NCBI RefSeq assembly: GCF_036321535.1 | Contig: NC_087436.1 | Location: 70,744,001 to 70,808,000, forward strand | Length of the DNA stretch: 64,000 nt | Direction of reading: 5' to 3' | Source: Camelus dromedarius | Taxonomy: Eukaryota | Made by a program: the position numbers and the translations under genes | Shown here: positions 26,068 to 40,044 of the stretch, one piece after another | Position numbering within the stretch: the stretch's first letter is position 1 | How the letters are laid out: each line of letters starts with the position of its first letter | The notes under the pieces: generated by a model | Told to the model about the DNA's origin: nothing | What the model saw: only the letters and a program-made list of their open reading frames with translations | Database searches by the model: none

Positions 26068-28489
26068 CTGATAGTTAAAATTCCTCCCAATCTACAGTTA
26101 CCTTTGTTTTACTAGTGAATTCTCTTAAAGTTTCCCTCTGTAATTTCAAGATTTTGAGGTGGTTAAAAGTGGCCAAGTTCCTGGCTTCATGTATTTGTAC
26201 CTTAAAAGAGAGTGCTGTGTTTGCTTTTCCCAGCAACTTGAGAACTGATATCTTTGTTGATTCTTCTAAGAGAAATATGGTATACTTTCCCAATTACTCA
26301 TCCCTGCCCATTGTTCCTGATTTCTAGGGTTTCCTTCCAAGCAGCAATGGTCATGTGGCAACACAATGAGGATATCTACATGATTTATTGTTCAGATGTA
26401 CTCCCACTGAAGTCAGCTTGAGAAGCCACAGGCTGGCAGGACTCAGAGGGTCCGTTTCCTTCCCTTTAGACCACAGGCTGTCAGTAACTCTTCTGTTTGT
26501 CATATTCTTTCACTTCATGGTAATCAATCCTATTCTGCATTGCAAACCCTCCCCTTTAGCCCCCAACCAAGATTCTTCAAAATTGAGGCAATAGCTGTCC
26601 ATGACTGCCCCCTAGCAACTGTTGACCTCATTTGCATGTGTTTTTCTCATTATGAAGCCATTGCAGTAAGAAGTTGATACAAGGCTGGGATGACTGCAAG
26701 TTGAACTTGTGAAGTGTAGTTTTGATGGACTCTTAACTCAGCTTGCTCTGTTTTTGGCTACTCTAACTATTGTGCTTAAAAGTTACAAATGATTCTGCCT
26801 GTTTTCTCCCTTTGTTTTATCTCTCTGTCTCCTGCAAGTTCTCTTGGGCTGGCACAGTGCCTCCTGGATTCAGTAGTTCAGCTCTGTGTATTTCTACTTG
26901 CGAGCAGAGATTCCCGCTCCCCCTCCTTGATATCTCCTTCCCACAAAATTGCTGGGAGTCAGTGACTTACTCTAGTACTTACTCTCTATTGTTAATCCCA
27001 ATTGTATAGAATTAGGACTTGGAGTAAATGCTATGTTTTTAATATAGCCAAACACCAGTATATTCATCATTTAAAGCTATTCCCTTGAAATTTTAAAACA
27101 ACTAGACTTAGAACATGTTCAAACAATTTGACTCTGCTGAGAGGTGTTGGTAGTAGAAAAAGTCCTGGACAAGGAGTTAGGCTTGGACTTGAGATCCACC
27201 TCAGCCAGTGGTTTTAGAAATTTGGACACGTTTCTTAAATTCTTTGAATCTTGGTATGATCGTTCGCAAAGGAGGATAACAAAATCCACATCACAGAGAC
27301 TGTGTTGGAACCAATGGGAAATAGTATGTGAGCACCTCAGGGCATGACATTTTTCAAACAGCTGAGTGCATTAATTTTGGTGTCACATAGGGGTTTGATT
27401 GCTGGCAATGTCATTCAATTGTTGTGTGACTGCAGAGAGCTCTTTCTCTTCTTTCCATCTCCATGTCCTTGTAGGTTAAGTGGGGATAAGATTTCCTGTC
27501 TCACAGGGCTGTTGTATGGATTAAAAAAGATAAAAGTAGGGTTCAGCACAGTATCTGGCAAGTTAGTAAATGTTCAATAAATGTTAGCTGTGTTAACAAG
27601 ATAAATTATTCTAAAGCAATTATTAATAGTTGCTCAATAAATGTAGTTACACCTAAATTTGACAAAGTGAAGTTCCTCTCTGGAAAAAAAATTTCTTTGA
27701 AGCAAAAAAAGGAGAGACTAAGCATTATCTGACTAGGAAAAATGCACTCAGGCAGCCTGGCTTATAATCATAGCTGTTTTACGAGCAACTACCAACAAAT
27801 CTTAAAAAATCAGCATTGAGAGAGGAGGAGAGTTATAGAAGTTGGCCCTTGGAAACTTTCACTCTTGCATTAAGATGAAACCAGAGATTGGTATGTAGAT
27901 AGCATTTATTTTACAAATATTATTTGAACACTATTGTATAGCATGTGGGTTATTGAAAAAGTTTTGAAGGTATTTATCAAAATACATCTTTATTTACTGT
28001 GGGTGGCATGCATCAGGGCGCGATACTGTCCTTGGCAAAGACAGACTCCACGACAAAGTTATGTTTCCATAAACGACCTGAGGAAAGGCTGATGTGGAAT
28101 TTACTCCAAGTGAAATACCATGGCATGTAGGTAATGTCTTTACAGAGTCATCTGAATGTAGATGGTGCTTTTTTCCTTTTCTTGAAACATGCTCATCTTA
28201 TTTTCCTCTATTTGAACACTGGTGAGGTGAGTGGATGCCATTAAAAAACAATTCCGAAACTCTGCTTTGAAAAGTCTGAAAATGGGTGGGAGTTTTAAAA
28301 GACCTCTTCCTTTAATCTCAGCATTCTGTTCATTAAAAATCACTTTAAATGCTAATAAATCTGCTGGTTTTACAAACATGACTTATGAGCTGCACTCAGA
28401 GAACAAGTGGGGCCTGGCAGGAGCCTGCTGATGTCTCTACCTGGCATTCTGTCTCCCTAACCACAGCTCTCAGGGGAAATGCTCCCATC

Positions 28490-28678
28490 CGGGAGTTTCT
28501 GGTAAAGATTTAACAACCCACCTTCAGGAAAATAAAGTCTTGGTTTGCAGTGTATGCCGATTTCTGTTGTGTAATTATTCCCACCGTGGCTGATTTCAAG
28601 CTATCGATCAGGAGTTGGGAGAAGATACATACAGTCAACTCCAGAAAGCTGGGTGGAGATGGCTCCAGCCCACCACTG
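28490..28678 (-). mobile_element. MER63-like hAT DNA transposon
   Basis: cccaccgtggctgatttcaagcta...ggctccagcccaccactg, matching the recalled MER63A consensus. Confidence 0.7.
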
Positions 28679-31600
28679 CTCTTACCCTTATCTGACATCG
28701 ACTTGATGGGGCTGATACTAGTAACTCTCCAAACAAAAGGTGGACGCGTGAGTGAGACACAGCCAATCCTTGTGCCCCATCCCTTTGCCTGAAGTATTGG
28801 TCCAAGGGGGAACTGTGACCCAGTTTGGGTTAATCAAGGTCTTTATAAGGAATTTGATATTTGAATGCTGGAGAGACATTTTGTCTTTACTTTTGAATGA
28901 CGAGCTGCGATGTCGTAAACTTGGACCTTACAGAGCCTTATTCTCCATGCGTATGTCAAAGGACAGAATGAGGGCCAGCAGAGACTGGGAGAGACGAGAG
29001 ATGGGGGAGAGAGAGAGAGACTGGCATCGTCATATTTTCAGTATTTTTACCAGCTATGTGAGCCAAAATTTCCATTAGTTGCTTTTAAGTTAACTTGAAT
29101 TCAATTTCTCTGACTTGCCATTTAGTACCTATCTGGCATATTCAAACAATAGGATACTACAAAACTATTCAGATGATGATTTGGAGGGATAATAGTTCAC
29201 ATCTGAAGATTTTTCTCCAATTACCATACATTTGATAAGATTTTTAAAAGTTTTAAAAATGCGTATAAAAAAAAGAAAAAATGCATATGGATTAAAGTTG
29301 CATGTGTTCTATGGCTTTTGAGTCCCCATTGTCCCCTGAAAATTGGCATTTTAATGGGCCAAATGATCCATTCTATACATATATTAATTTTTCATCAAAA
29401 TAGAAACACACATATACAAAACTCCACCAACCAACCAACCAACAAACAAAAAAAAAACCCCCAAACCAGGACAAAACACCCAACTGAAAATGTATGGATC
29501 TAAAGAAATAATGGATAGTGATAACTACATTTTTCTTCAAAAAACAAATCTCTCCTCCCAATCCTATAGACAATATCTGAGAACCATCTGTCACCAAGGC
29601 TGCTCAGATAGCTATCTGCTTCCTATGGTGCCAGGAGTTGGAATTGTGATTCCAAAAATTTTCACAAATACCTCTTGCTCATTTTTACTTATTACAGAAG
29701 CTGCCCCAAGGATCTGAGTGTTGAGGTGCTGCTGCATTGTGAGTCAGAGCATCGGCTGGGTCTGCATTGTGGCTTCCTGTCATCTTGGTTAAGGACTTAA
29801 ATTTGTAAGAATCAGTTGCCTCATGTGTCGAATGAGACTTTTTATGTTCTAGGAGATTCCTGATTTTTCATCTGCCCTGCAACCCCAGCCAGCACATTTC
29901 CTGCAAATTTTCCCCTTCCTACCCTGTCATTTACATGACTGTCCTGGAAATTGCCAGGGTGGTGAAATAAGGGTGAGTTTTTTTTCACTCTTCAGCCCAC
30001 CCAAATACCTACACTGGGGCTTTCCCATTCGCACCACTGCTGTCATATGGTGGGTGAAGTTTCCTGTATTCTCTTTTGGGGTACTTATGAGTTTCCTGGA
30101 TTGATGATAAAGGTAGGAGCCACAAGAGACTCTGAGAAGTTTTGAATGCAGATGGAGGTGCAGGCAGCTGGTAGAGATGGCAGCCATTCTCTGCCCAAGA
30201 GTGATGACAGTCTCTGACACGGCTTTCCTGTAAGCAAGAGAGTAGTCTATTATCTTGGCTTCTACTCTGCTTCCTAAAGCTGACCACTTGATGATGATTG
30301 GACATATATCCATGCTAATGCTTCCCTCCCATTCCTAACTCTCCTGTGATCCTTCTGGTCTGGTGATTCTATCCTCTTCTGACATCTTGACCCCACCAGC
30401 CCCTTTCCTCTTTCTCTCAGCCCAGGTAACCCTCAACTGTCTTTTTTTCCAAGTGTGAGAATTAGAGTAATTTCCTTCCCTCTTTTTTGCTTTTTAATCT
30501 TTGTTGTATGAACTCTTTGATCCACTTCCTTCAGGGACTTCCTTTTGAGTCTTAAGAGACTAGGTGTAGAAAACAAAACAAAATCAACCACTAACAACCA
30601 AACCAAACCTACAAATGAATGTACATGCATTTTTCTTTTTAACTTTCCTTGTAGAAAATACTAAAGATTCTAGATTCCTTTAAGAAATTGGAGGGGGAGG
30701 TGGAGAATGAAAGTGTGTGAAAGAAAGTAAAATCTGAATGATTGACATTTCAGGATCTTGTTACCTTTATGTAACAGACATGACCTACTGAACACTGCTG
30801 GTCTGGTGTTGGGCATCTGAATAAACCTTGACCAATAGAGGTCTTTTGCCAGGAATATTAGAATTGCAGCTCTGACAGGATAGCTTTTCTTTGGCATTAA
30901 AAATTTAAGATGTAAAACTCGAGTTGTCAGTGGTCTTGTTTTCTGTCATATAGACACAAGGACCAGAGAAAATCCATCTACAAACCAAGAAGGAGGAAGG
31001 TGGGGAGCTTGCAAAGAGGAGGAGACGTGATAGACAGAGTAGGGAACTTGAGCATTTCTTCTAGAAATGGTCAAGAAATGGGTTTGGCGCCAGTGGTTTC
31101 CGAGTTCTAACTGATTCCTGTTACTGGGTTCTGTCTGTTGGGTTTCTGTCCTTGTGATTCAGAATCCTATTATAAATACTCACTTCAAAGGGTTTCTGTG
31201 CAATATAGACACAGTAAGCTTGTTCAATTTCTTAGTATAATATGTGGAATTTAATAAGCATAGAGAATGTTGTTGTTGTTTGAAACAATTTACATTTTCA
31301 TTTATGACTTGTGGTTCTCAAGATTTCTTGATCAGTAACCATGCCTGTCCAAAGCAAAATGATGTGCTTACTTATCACCTATTCTGTCCATATTGAGGTT
31401 AAGGAATCTTTTTCGTTCTTTATTCACCATCACATACTTCTAGGTATCACTACTTACTGAGGGCAGTGTAAGCATGAAATGATGATTTGCTCAGTGAATG
31501 TATTTAGAATATAATACGAAATAATTGATTAATTTCTGTAACTTAAGAACAGGCAAACCAAAATACCACTCTTAACTGTTGCCATATATAGTGAAATCAA

Positions 31601-33506
31601 AACTCAGCTTTAATGAAAAAAAAATTCTGACACTTCCTGGAAAATATCTGATAAAACTTCTATTAAACAAAGGGTACTTTGGTTTTGCATTAATTCACAA
31701 AACTGACCTCCTCTTACAGATTTGGGATTTTCTCAATAAAAATCCACGTAAGGTTATTATGCTCTGAATTTACCCAAGTAAAGCCGCTCTTCCTCCATTA
31801 GGTTATCACCATTGCATGAAATTTACCACATATCTTTTACATTATGTTTTTATACTTCCTTGTTTGCAGACTTTAAAAGATATTTCAAAAGTGGCTTCTG
31901 TTGTGCGTTTGTTGTGTGATTTATGGTAAAGAGATGATCATTTTCTAGGAAAGCATGTTAATATTAACCTCCACTCTTTGAAGGAAATGTTGATTTAGCA
32001 AAGGTGCTTTCCTAATGACTTACCTGGCTTGACATTCCATTGTGATTTCACGTAGCTCTCTGGAAGTCACACACTATTTATCAGCAAGTTTTGTAATTTA
32101 TTCTGCTGCTCCTGAGTGGACAAGAAACATCTCTAAAGAGACTTTGACTTTGGTAGTTTTACTTCCTTTAAATACCATTCCTCTCAACTATTATTCCTTC
32201 TAATGTCTCTTTTTTGAAGAAAAGAATGTCAGAGTGTTACCTAGTGAAAGCTTTCAAGAATAAATTGTACGAATACAAGGAAAAAACTGTGTTCGATCTT
32301 ATCTGAAGACAGATGGAGAAGATCCAGAGTTTAAATTATGGAATGAGAGGATAAGGATTGGCTTTAAAGCAGTAAAAGTTTGTTTTTGTGATGTTTTTGT
32401 TTGCCATGGATGCCTTCAAGAACTGCTGAAAGCTATGAATCCATTCCCTAGAGAAATCTACTCATTAATATATACAGAATTCTTCATGGCATTTCAGAGA
32501 GTTCACAAACATGCTGAAACTTTTCTACAAATTCTACATTAAAAAAACAGTTGCTCTAAAGAACAGTTTCCCAACAATAAAGATTGTTCAATAATTGACT
32601 AAGCTGCTCTCCATGAAGATTTATTCAAATGGGAAGTATGGTCTTAGTTGTTTTACTTCTGAACTGACTTAATGTCTGTTTATTGAAATGCTGAGGTACT
32701 AAAGCCGCTTTCTGCTCTGTGAATCTTTAAAAGATACGTGTTCTGAAAAAATGTGTGTGCATTCATATTGCACATACTGAAACTGAGGGAAGCATCTGCT
32801 CTGTCTGAAATAGAACCTGCTATAATGGGATATGCATCATAATTTTGGGAGGAGAATCAATTTACAAAGAGTTGACTACATAGGATTGGATGGAAAATTA
32901 AATTTAGGTTCATTAATTATAAAAGTCAATGCACTGAAATGTTCTAAGTATTATCTTTTAATATCATAAATAAAGTTGAGATGAGTTACTGTTTCACATA
33001 AAATAATAAGTCAAGACCACAAAAATGGCCAGGGAAAATTTATTGCTACTTTATTCCAAACATCTCAGCAGGATGTGACCAGAAGCCTTCTGTTGGTGGT
33101 AATGAATTTGTACATGGTTTACCAGAGTGCTTAATTCACAAGGACATCTCAACCCTTTTAAGAATACATATTTTTAAAAATATGAATAGACATTGTGGTA
33201 GACAAAGGATATTTGATGTTTTTCTTCACTAGTATATGTTTAGAACGTAATATATGCTGCATATAACTGTTTACTTTTAATTCTCAGATGAGAGAAGACT
33301 GATATTTTCAGAGAATTTTTGAAAGATTTGAAGTCAATATGTCCCTCTTGGTAAGTGTTTTCAGAGTATTTTGATTGAAGCCCAGAATAAGATATCTGTA
33401 TGACCTATTATATGCTACATATTCATAAAAACAAAATTTTCACAAAATATCCTTATGCTTAATATCTGTAATATTTAGGTAAATATTTAAACTACAACCC
33501 ACTTTA

Positions 33507-34281
33507 ATTTTTTATATATATTTTATTGAAGTGTAGTCAGTCAACATTGTGTCAGTTTCTGGTATACAGCATAATGCTTCAGTCATAACATGAACAGACA
33601 TATATTCATTTTCAATTTTTTTTTCACCATAGGTTACTACAAGATATTGAATATAGTTTCCTGTGCTATACAGTATGAATTTGTTGTTTATCTACTTTAT
33701 ACATATTAGTTAGTATCTGCAAATCTTGAACTCCCAATTTATCCCTTCCCACCCACTTTCCTGCCTGGTAACCATAAGTTTGTTTTCTTTATGAGTCTGT
33801 TTCTGTTTTTAAATAAGTTTGGTTGTCTTTATTTTTAGATTCCACATATGAGCGATCTCATACGGTATTTTTCATTCTCTTTTTGGCTTACTTCACTTAG
33901 AATGACAATCTCCAGGTCCATCCATGTTGCTGCAAATGGCATTATTTTATTCTTTTATATGGCTGAGTAGTATTCCACTGTATAAATACACTGCGACTTC
34001 TTTATCCTGGCATCTGTTGATGGACATTTAGACTGTTTCCATGTCTTGTCTATTGTAAATAGTGCTGCTACAAACATTGGGGTGCATGTGCCTTTTTGAA
34101 TTAAGGTTCCCTCTGGATATATGCCCAGGAGTGGGGTTGCTGGATCATATGGTAAGTCTAGTTTTAGTCTACTGGGGAATCTCCATACTATTTTCTATAA
34201 TGGCTGCACCAAACTGCATTCCCACCAACAGTGTAGGAGGGATCCCTTTTCTCCACACCCTCTCCAGCACTTATTGTTTCA
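33507..34281 (-). mobile_element. 5'-truncated young L1 3' end
   Basis: Same 3' UTR family as the 9643 copy; short TSD cacttta (33500-06 / 34282-88). Confidence 0.9.
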
Positions 34282-35447
34282 CACTTTAGTATTTGTTGTT
34301 CCATTCTTTCTATTTTATTTTAACCTATTTCATTTAAAAAATGCTTTTCTTCTAAATTGATTTCACAACCCTTGAAGAATGAAAACAGTATGAAAATTCT
34401 TCCTCAAAGTTAAAGGTTCTCATAATTTGGTGTATAAAAGAAAATCCCAGGGAGCTCTTTCAAAATGTGGATTATTAGGCCCATTTTCAAAGATTATGAT
34501 TCACTAGGATTACATGCAGTCCAAGAATCTACAACTTTCAGAAGCTTCCAAGATTATTTTGGTGCAGATTTTGAGAAATAAGTTCTGTCTAATAATCCAG
34601 ATTCTATCCTTGGATTAAGTTAGATCAGCTAAAGATGACACATTTGCACTAGGCTATGTCAAATTTCTGCAGGGTTGCTTTTACTGAGACAAGCTTTGAT
34701 GTCCTTAGTTTCCATTGAATTATGCAGGAAGAAATTAAATACCTGCACTTGCGTTGGTATGTCTTCATAGCACAGCAGTGTTGCCTGTGAAACTACAAGT
34801 GAAGTTATTGCTATACATCAGAGAAGGCTTCATTTCCCTTAAAGAATTGTTATGTTTTTCTTATTATCAAAGAGAAATAATTGACTATTTTGTGCCATGA
34901 CAACCAAGACTTTTTTTTTTTTTTCTGTTTTAAGTGCTGTATTCCTGGCACCTAGAACAATGGTTGGCTCATAGCAAATACTAACAAAATAAATATTTGT
35001 TGAATCGAAGACTTCCCTTTCACTCTAGCTGTCAACAATTTTGAAGAAAAATCAGACTTCAGCTTTGACACTGTGTAGATCTTATGTATGTATGCATTTA
35101 TTATCTTTATGATTTTGACTTTCTCTGCTCTTTGTGTGTTTTGGGGTTTTCATTTGGTAAACTTATATATGCGGCAAGGTCTGTGTAAATAAATGTCACC
35201 AGCAACTAGTATGTGTATAATACATAATAGTTTAAAATTATTTTCATGTGTATAACTTTATTTTTCCCTCATAAGAGGGTGATTTAAAAACTGAAACTTA
35301 AAGAGATTTCATGATTTACCCAATTCAGACCAATATTTTCTGCCTATATGACTCCTATTCCTTGCATTACATCAGGGATTGGCAAATACAGGCCATGGAC
35401 CATATCCAGTTTTTGTGTGACCCATAAACCATACAACAAAGAATTTT

Positions 35448-35552
35448 AATTTTTTATTTGCTAATTTTTTTAAACAGAGGTACTGCAGATTGAAGCCAGG
35501 TCTTCACACATGCTAATCATGTGCTCTACCACTGAGCTATCTCCCTCCACCC
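35448..35552 (-). mobile_element. tRNA-derived SINE
   Basis: Reverse complement gggtggagggagatagctcagtggtagagcacatg...ggcttcaatctgcagtacc; TSD aagaatttt (35439-47 / 35553-61). Confidence 0.85.
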
Positions 35553-35709
35553 AAGAATTTTTAAATGATTGAAAAAAATTTTAAGAATAGTATTTTGTGA
35601 TGTGAAAGTTACAGTAAATTTAAATTTGTGTCCATAAGCAAAGTTTTATTGGAGCACAACCACATCCATTTCATGTATTGTCTATGGCTGCTTTTAAGCT
35701 ACCATGACA

Positions 35710-35942
35710 AGATGAGAGGCTGCGACATCTGTCACCCCATTGATCGCCAGGGTTAATTCGGCTGATCTGTCTGGCTGGGCGTGTGTCTTCTTCCTCCCTC
35801 ACCACTCCATGTGCGTCCCTCATGAAGCTGTGCACTGGGTCGAAGAGGGTGACCTTCCCGGATAGAGGAGAACCATTCTTCTTGGTCAAGGGTATGCAAA
35901 TAGCTATGGTCCCCTGCCAGAGCCTCCAAGCAAACTCTCAAG
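35710..35942 (+). pseudogene. RN7SK (pseudogene): 7SK snRNA retropseudogene, 3'-truncated and tailless
   Basis: gctgcgacatctgtcaccccattgatcgccagggtt...ctccatgtgcgtccctc...ggtcgaagagg...ggtcaagggtat...ctctcaag matches the 5' ~240 nt of 7SK; TSD aagctac(c/a)atgaca. Confidence 0.93.
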
Positions 35943-38900
35943 CTACAATGACAGAGGTAAGGAGTTGCTACAGAGACCATACACCATAGGTATGGACCAC
36001 AAAACCTAAAATATTTACTGTCTGACCTTTTACAGGAAATCATGGCTTACCCTTGCATTTTCCATTCTGCTCCAACCAACCTACTCCCTTTTGGGAACAT
36101 GTTGACTTGCAAGAGAGGAGTAGCAGATATGGTGGCTGTCCATAAATTAAAGTATTTACCCTGATTTTAGATAAGCTGAAGAAATAAATCTCTGTTCGAC
36201 TGTAAACTAATTCTACTGTTTTTTATTATTAATCCTTATTATTTCTGTTCAATTTATTGTGCTGGCCAAAAGTACAGGTAATTACACATTTCTGTAATTA
36301 ACAGCCATCTTTCAAATAAAAGGACTTTTTTTCATCTTAGTGGAACATTGTTTTAGTATTTTCTTTAGGAATTGTCTAATTTCTACATCTTGACCTCTAC
36401 ATCTTGACCCATGTAAGTAAAATAATGTTATGTTTTAATCTAGGATTGTTCCCAGTCAGTCCTTCACATCAGGTCTGTAGAGAGTAAAGAGATGGGAGGG
36501 TCTGAATAAGGTCATCAGTCCTGAAACAGGGATTCAGCGTCTTGACACTTGGAATGTGGTTTCAAGCTCATCATACAATGGAGAGAAAGAGGGTAAATGA
36601 GGATGTGTAAGCAGATGGAGCGAGACTAAAAGGCTAAAAGTCTGGGATGATTAGAGAGAGTTTGAACACTGATACCCAATTCATCTTCATAAACTCCTGT
36701 AAAAATTTGGAGCTCTGGCTTTTACATGAGGAAATAAACTGTGCAAAGCAGTGTGTTCACTCAAGGTCACTATCTGGCCCTGCTCCTCCTGAGTTCTTGG
36801 TTCCTGAATCCCACGGCAGGCTTCCCCTCTGCTATGCATGTCTGTCACGGAATTCATAATTCTTTCAAGACGTCAGGAGGGTTGGAGGACTTTGATGAAA
36901 TCATTAGGAGAGCAGCATAAGCCTGTGGTTATAGAGTATCTGTTTCCCTACAAATATTGTGGAAACTTGGCCGCCCAAGTTTGCTGCTGAGAGAGAGCCG
37001 GAGACTGCCAGCATGTGTTTAATTATGCTTCAAACCTGTCGTCTGCATCTTTCCCCCTCCCCGCTCCCCATTTTGAGTTGAAGCACGTGACAAGTATGAC
37101 TTGTTATGCGATAATCTTGAGTATTCACAAGAAAGGTCACTAAAGATCAGGGGAGATCTGCTATTGGACGAAACAGGATATTTAAAGATTTTAAGTCACA
37201 TCTAAATGGGTTGCATCAGGGCAGGAAAGTTAGCACTTGCTTGTATTTTCTTCCTGTGTATTCCTACACTCTGCCATAAAGTTCCATCTTGTTACTCTAG
37301 CTTTTTAAAAAAGGATTGAGGGCCAGAACTTTTAATATTGGTTTGGGGTAATTTTGCCTTGACAGAGGAACCAGTTCCAGCACTATTTTGGAGGAGCGAG
37401 CCTGAGTGTGACCAAGCGTCAGGACTTCTTCTCCCTCCGTGGTTGGATGGGAAAAGCCAGGTCTTGAGTAGGCAGCAACCTTGATTGACTTCTAACCCCA
37501 GTTTGGGGGTCTTGCTCCCATACTTGACTCTCTGTTATCCTTCATGTCAACATGGTAGTTTTACAAAAATCGTTGAAAATGTACCTCTTGCAGAAAATGT
37601 GACTAGGGGAGAACTAGCTCCCCAAGTATCTCTGCTATGGGGATTCTACTCGGCAGAGATGAAATGTCCAACTGTTTGACTGCTCTAGCCTAAGTGGTTG
37701 TTGATTAACTCATCCCCTTTGTTCGTTATGATGATCAACAGGGAAACGGGTACAAGGGGAGGGAAAAAAAGATGGAAACTAATATTTATCATGTAGCTAT
37801 CTACTAAGTTATGTGCTTTAAGTGCATTTTTTATTTTAAAGTTTGGAGCAACTTCCAAATGTGACCAGCCTCTTGGAAGTAGCCCTATTGGATGTTATTA
37901 ACCATACTTTATTGATGAAAAAAACTAGTTCTCAGGTTAAGCATCTTGCCAAGATTACATGTCAGTGGCCAGCGTGTATGTGTGAATTCAGTGTCTGTTT
38001 CCACCAGACCACATGCACTCCCAAATCTGGGAGGAAGCAAGAAAAATCATCTCCACTTTCTGAGAGCAGTAGTAGTAATTACATTACTGGGTTGCTGTCA
38101 TATACAGAGGATATTATCCAACACTAGTGTATTTACTCATTTATAGAGAAATTGTATTAGTGTTTCTGTTGTCTTGTTCTGCACTGATTCAAGTAGAAAG
38201 GTAGAATCCAAGGCTTTTTTTTTTTTTGAATAATTGAGTACTGTCCTATTTAAGTCCTACTTGTACATGGCATTGCCTGTTTATTAGTAACCATCAGTCA
38301 TTCCAGAACTTTCTAGTGTATCCTGACCCTTTTCTGTTTTATGGTTAGTTGTCTGGTATATGGATCTGAATTTTCAAGATAGGCTTTTATTATTTTCCAG
38401 ACCATCATGTTCAAACATTTAACTGTTCATTGTTTCAGATGCTGTCCTCTGAGGTTCCTTCTGTTCTGTCTACTCCACCTTCTTCACAGATTGTCTACAA
38501 CATAAATGTGCCTTCAGAATGTGAGGAAGAAAGCATGAAGTCAAGAAAGAATAAAGGAAAAAAATGGTCTGCCCACTGGCAGAGTATAAAAAGCAGCACA
38601 GATTGTGGTAAGAAGGAACACATTTGTATTGCAGAGTAATCTTTGAAGCTTAGACTTGAAGCCTGGTTGTTATTGAACCCAGCATGTGGTTACTTTCCAT
38701 CTATCATGCTAGATAGTGATTTAGATAACCTTTAATGGCCCCCTCTTTTTCTGTTGATGACTTATTTCTTCTTTATCTGTGTTAATTAAATATGCCATTT
38801 AAGTAAATATCTCAACTGATATTAAAAATTGATGACCAAATGAAAGTGATCCAGCACCCGAATGATTACTAACTAGTAATCTCACTACTCTTCTTGAATA

Positions 38901-39268
38901 AATTATGTAATTATTTCACATCACATACACATGGCTCGAACCAATGGAGTCCGGAGTAATTTACACTTTCATATGTCCTTTAAAGAATGGCCCCTCAATT
39001 CTTATAAACACATCCAACAAATTAAATAGTGGGATATCAAAAGGCCTTGTAGTGTTCCATCTGGAATGGATAAAAGTTCAAAAACCCCTCTGGAGAAGTG
39101 TTGTGCCGTTTGTGACTGTCCTTTTTGGGATCACACAGACAATAGGCTTGTGAATTTTCAGCATGTGCTCTTCAGGTCAGGTCTGCTTATTTAGATATGC
39201 AGGTAAGCTTACCCAGGCCTGCATATCTAGACCTAGATATGACATGCTTATCAAGTCATGTCGTTTCT

Positions 39269-40044
39269 TTTTTTAACTGAAGTATAGTTGGTTTTCAATG
39301 TTGTGTTAATTTCTGGTGTACAGCATAGTGATTCAGTTATACATATATATATTCCTTTTCATATTCTTTTTCATTATATGCTACTACAAGATATTGACTA
39401 CAGTTCCCTGTGCTATACAGTAGGACCTTGTTGTTTATTTTATATACAGTAGTTAGGATCTGCAAATCCTGAACTCCCACTTTATCCACTCTTCCCTTCC
39501 CCTCAGTAACCATAAGTTTGACATTCATGTCCATGAGTCTGTTTCTTTTTTGTAAATAAGTTTATTTGTGTTATTTTTTTAGATTCCACACGTAAGTGAT
39601 ATATGGTATTATTCTTTCTCTTTCTGGCTTACTTCACTTAGAATGATGATCTCCAGGTCCATCCATGTTGCTGCAAATGGCATTATTTTATTCTTTTTAT
39701 GGCTGAGTAGTATTCCATTGTATAACTATACCACAACTTCTTTATTCAGGCATCTGTCAGTGGACATTTAGACTGTTTCCATGTCTTGGCTATTGTAAAT
39801 AGTGCTGCTATGAACATTGGGGTGCATGTGTCTTTTTGAATTAGTTTCTTCTGGGTATATGCCCCGGAGTGGGGTTGCTGGATCATATGGTAAGTCTATT
39901 TTTAGTTTTTTAAGGGCTCTCTATACCATTTTCCATAATGGCTGCACCAATTTACATTCCCACCATAAGTGTAGGAGGGTTTCCCTTTCTCCACATCCTC
40001 TCCAGCATTTATCATTTCTGAACTTTTTAATGATAGCCTTTCTG
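39269..40044 (-). mobile_element. 5'-truncated young L1 3' end
   Basis: TSD caagtcatgtcgtttct / caggtcatgtcatttct (39252-68 / 40045-61). Confidence 0.92.

Larger units (their letters stand above)
35373..36055. mobile_element. MER58-like hAT-Charlie element interrupted by a SINE and a 7SK copy
   Basis: cagggattggcaaa...aagttttattggagcacaaccac...cacaaaacctaaaatatttactgtctgacctttta...cccttg. Confidence 0.75.

Noticed and set aside
35710..35942. Functional 7SK gene
   Set aside because: 3' end missing, many substitutions, flanked by a TSD, and no upstream PSE/TATA.
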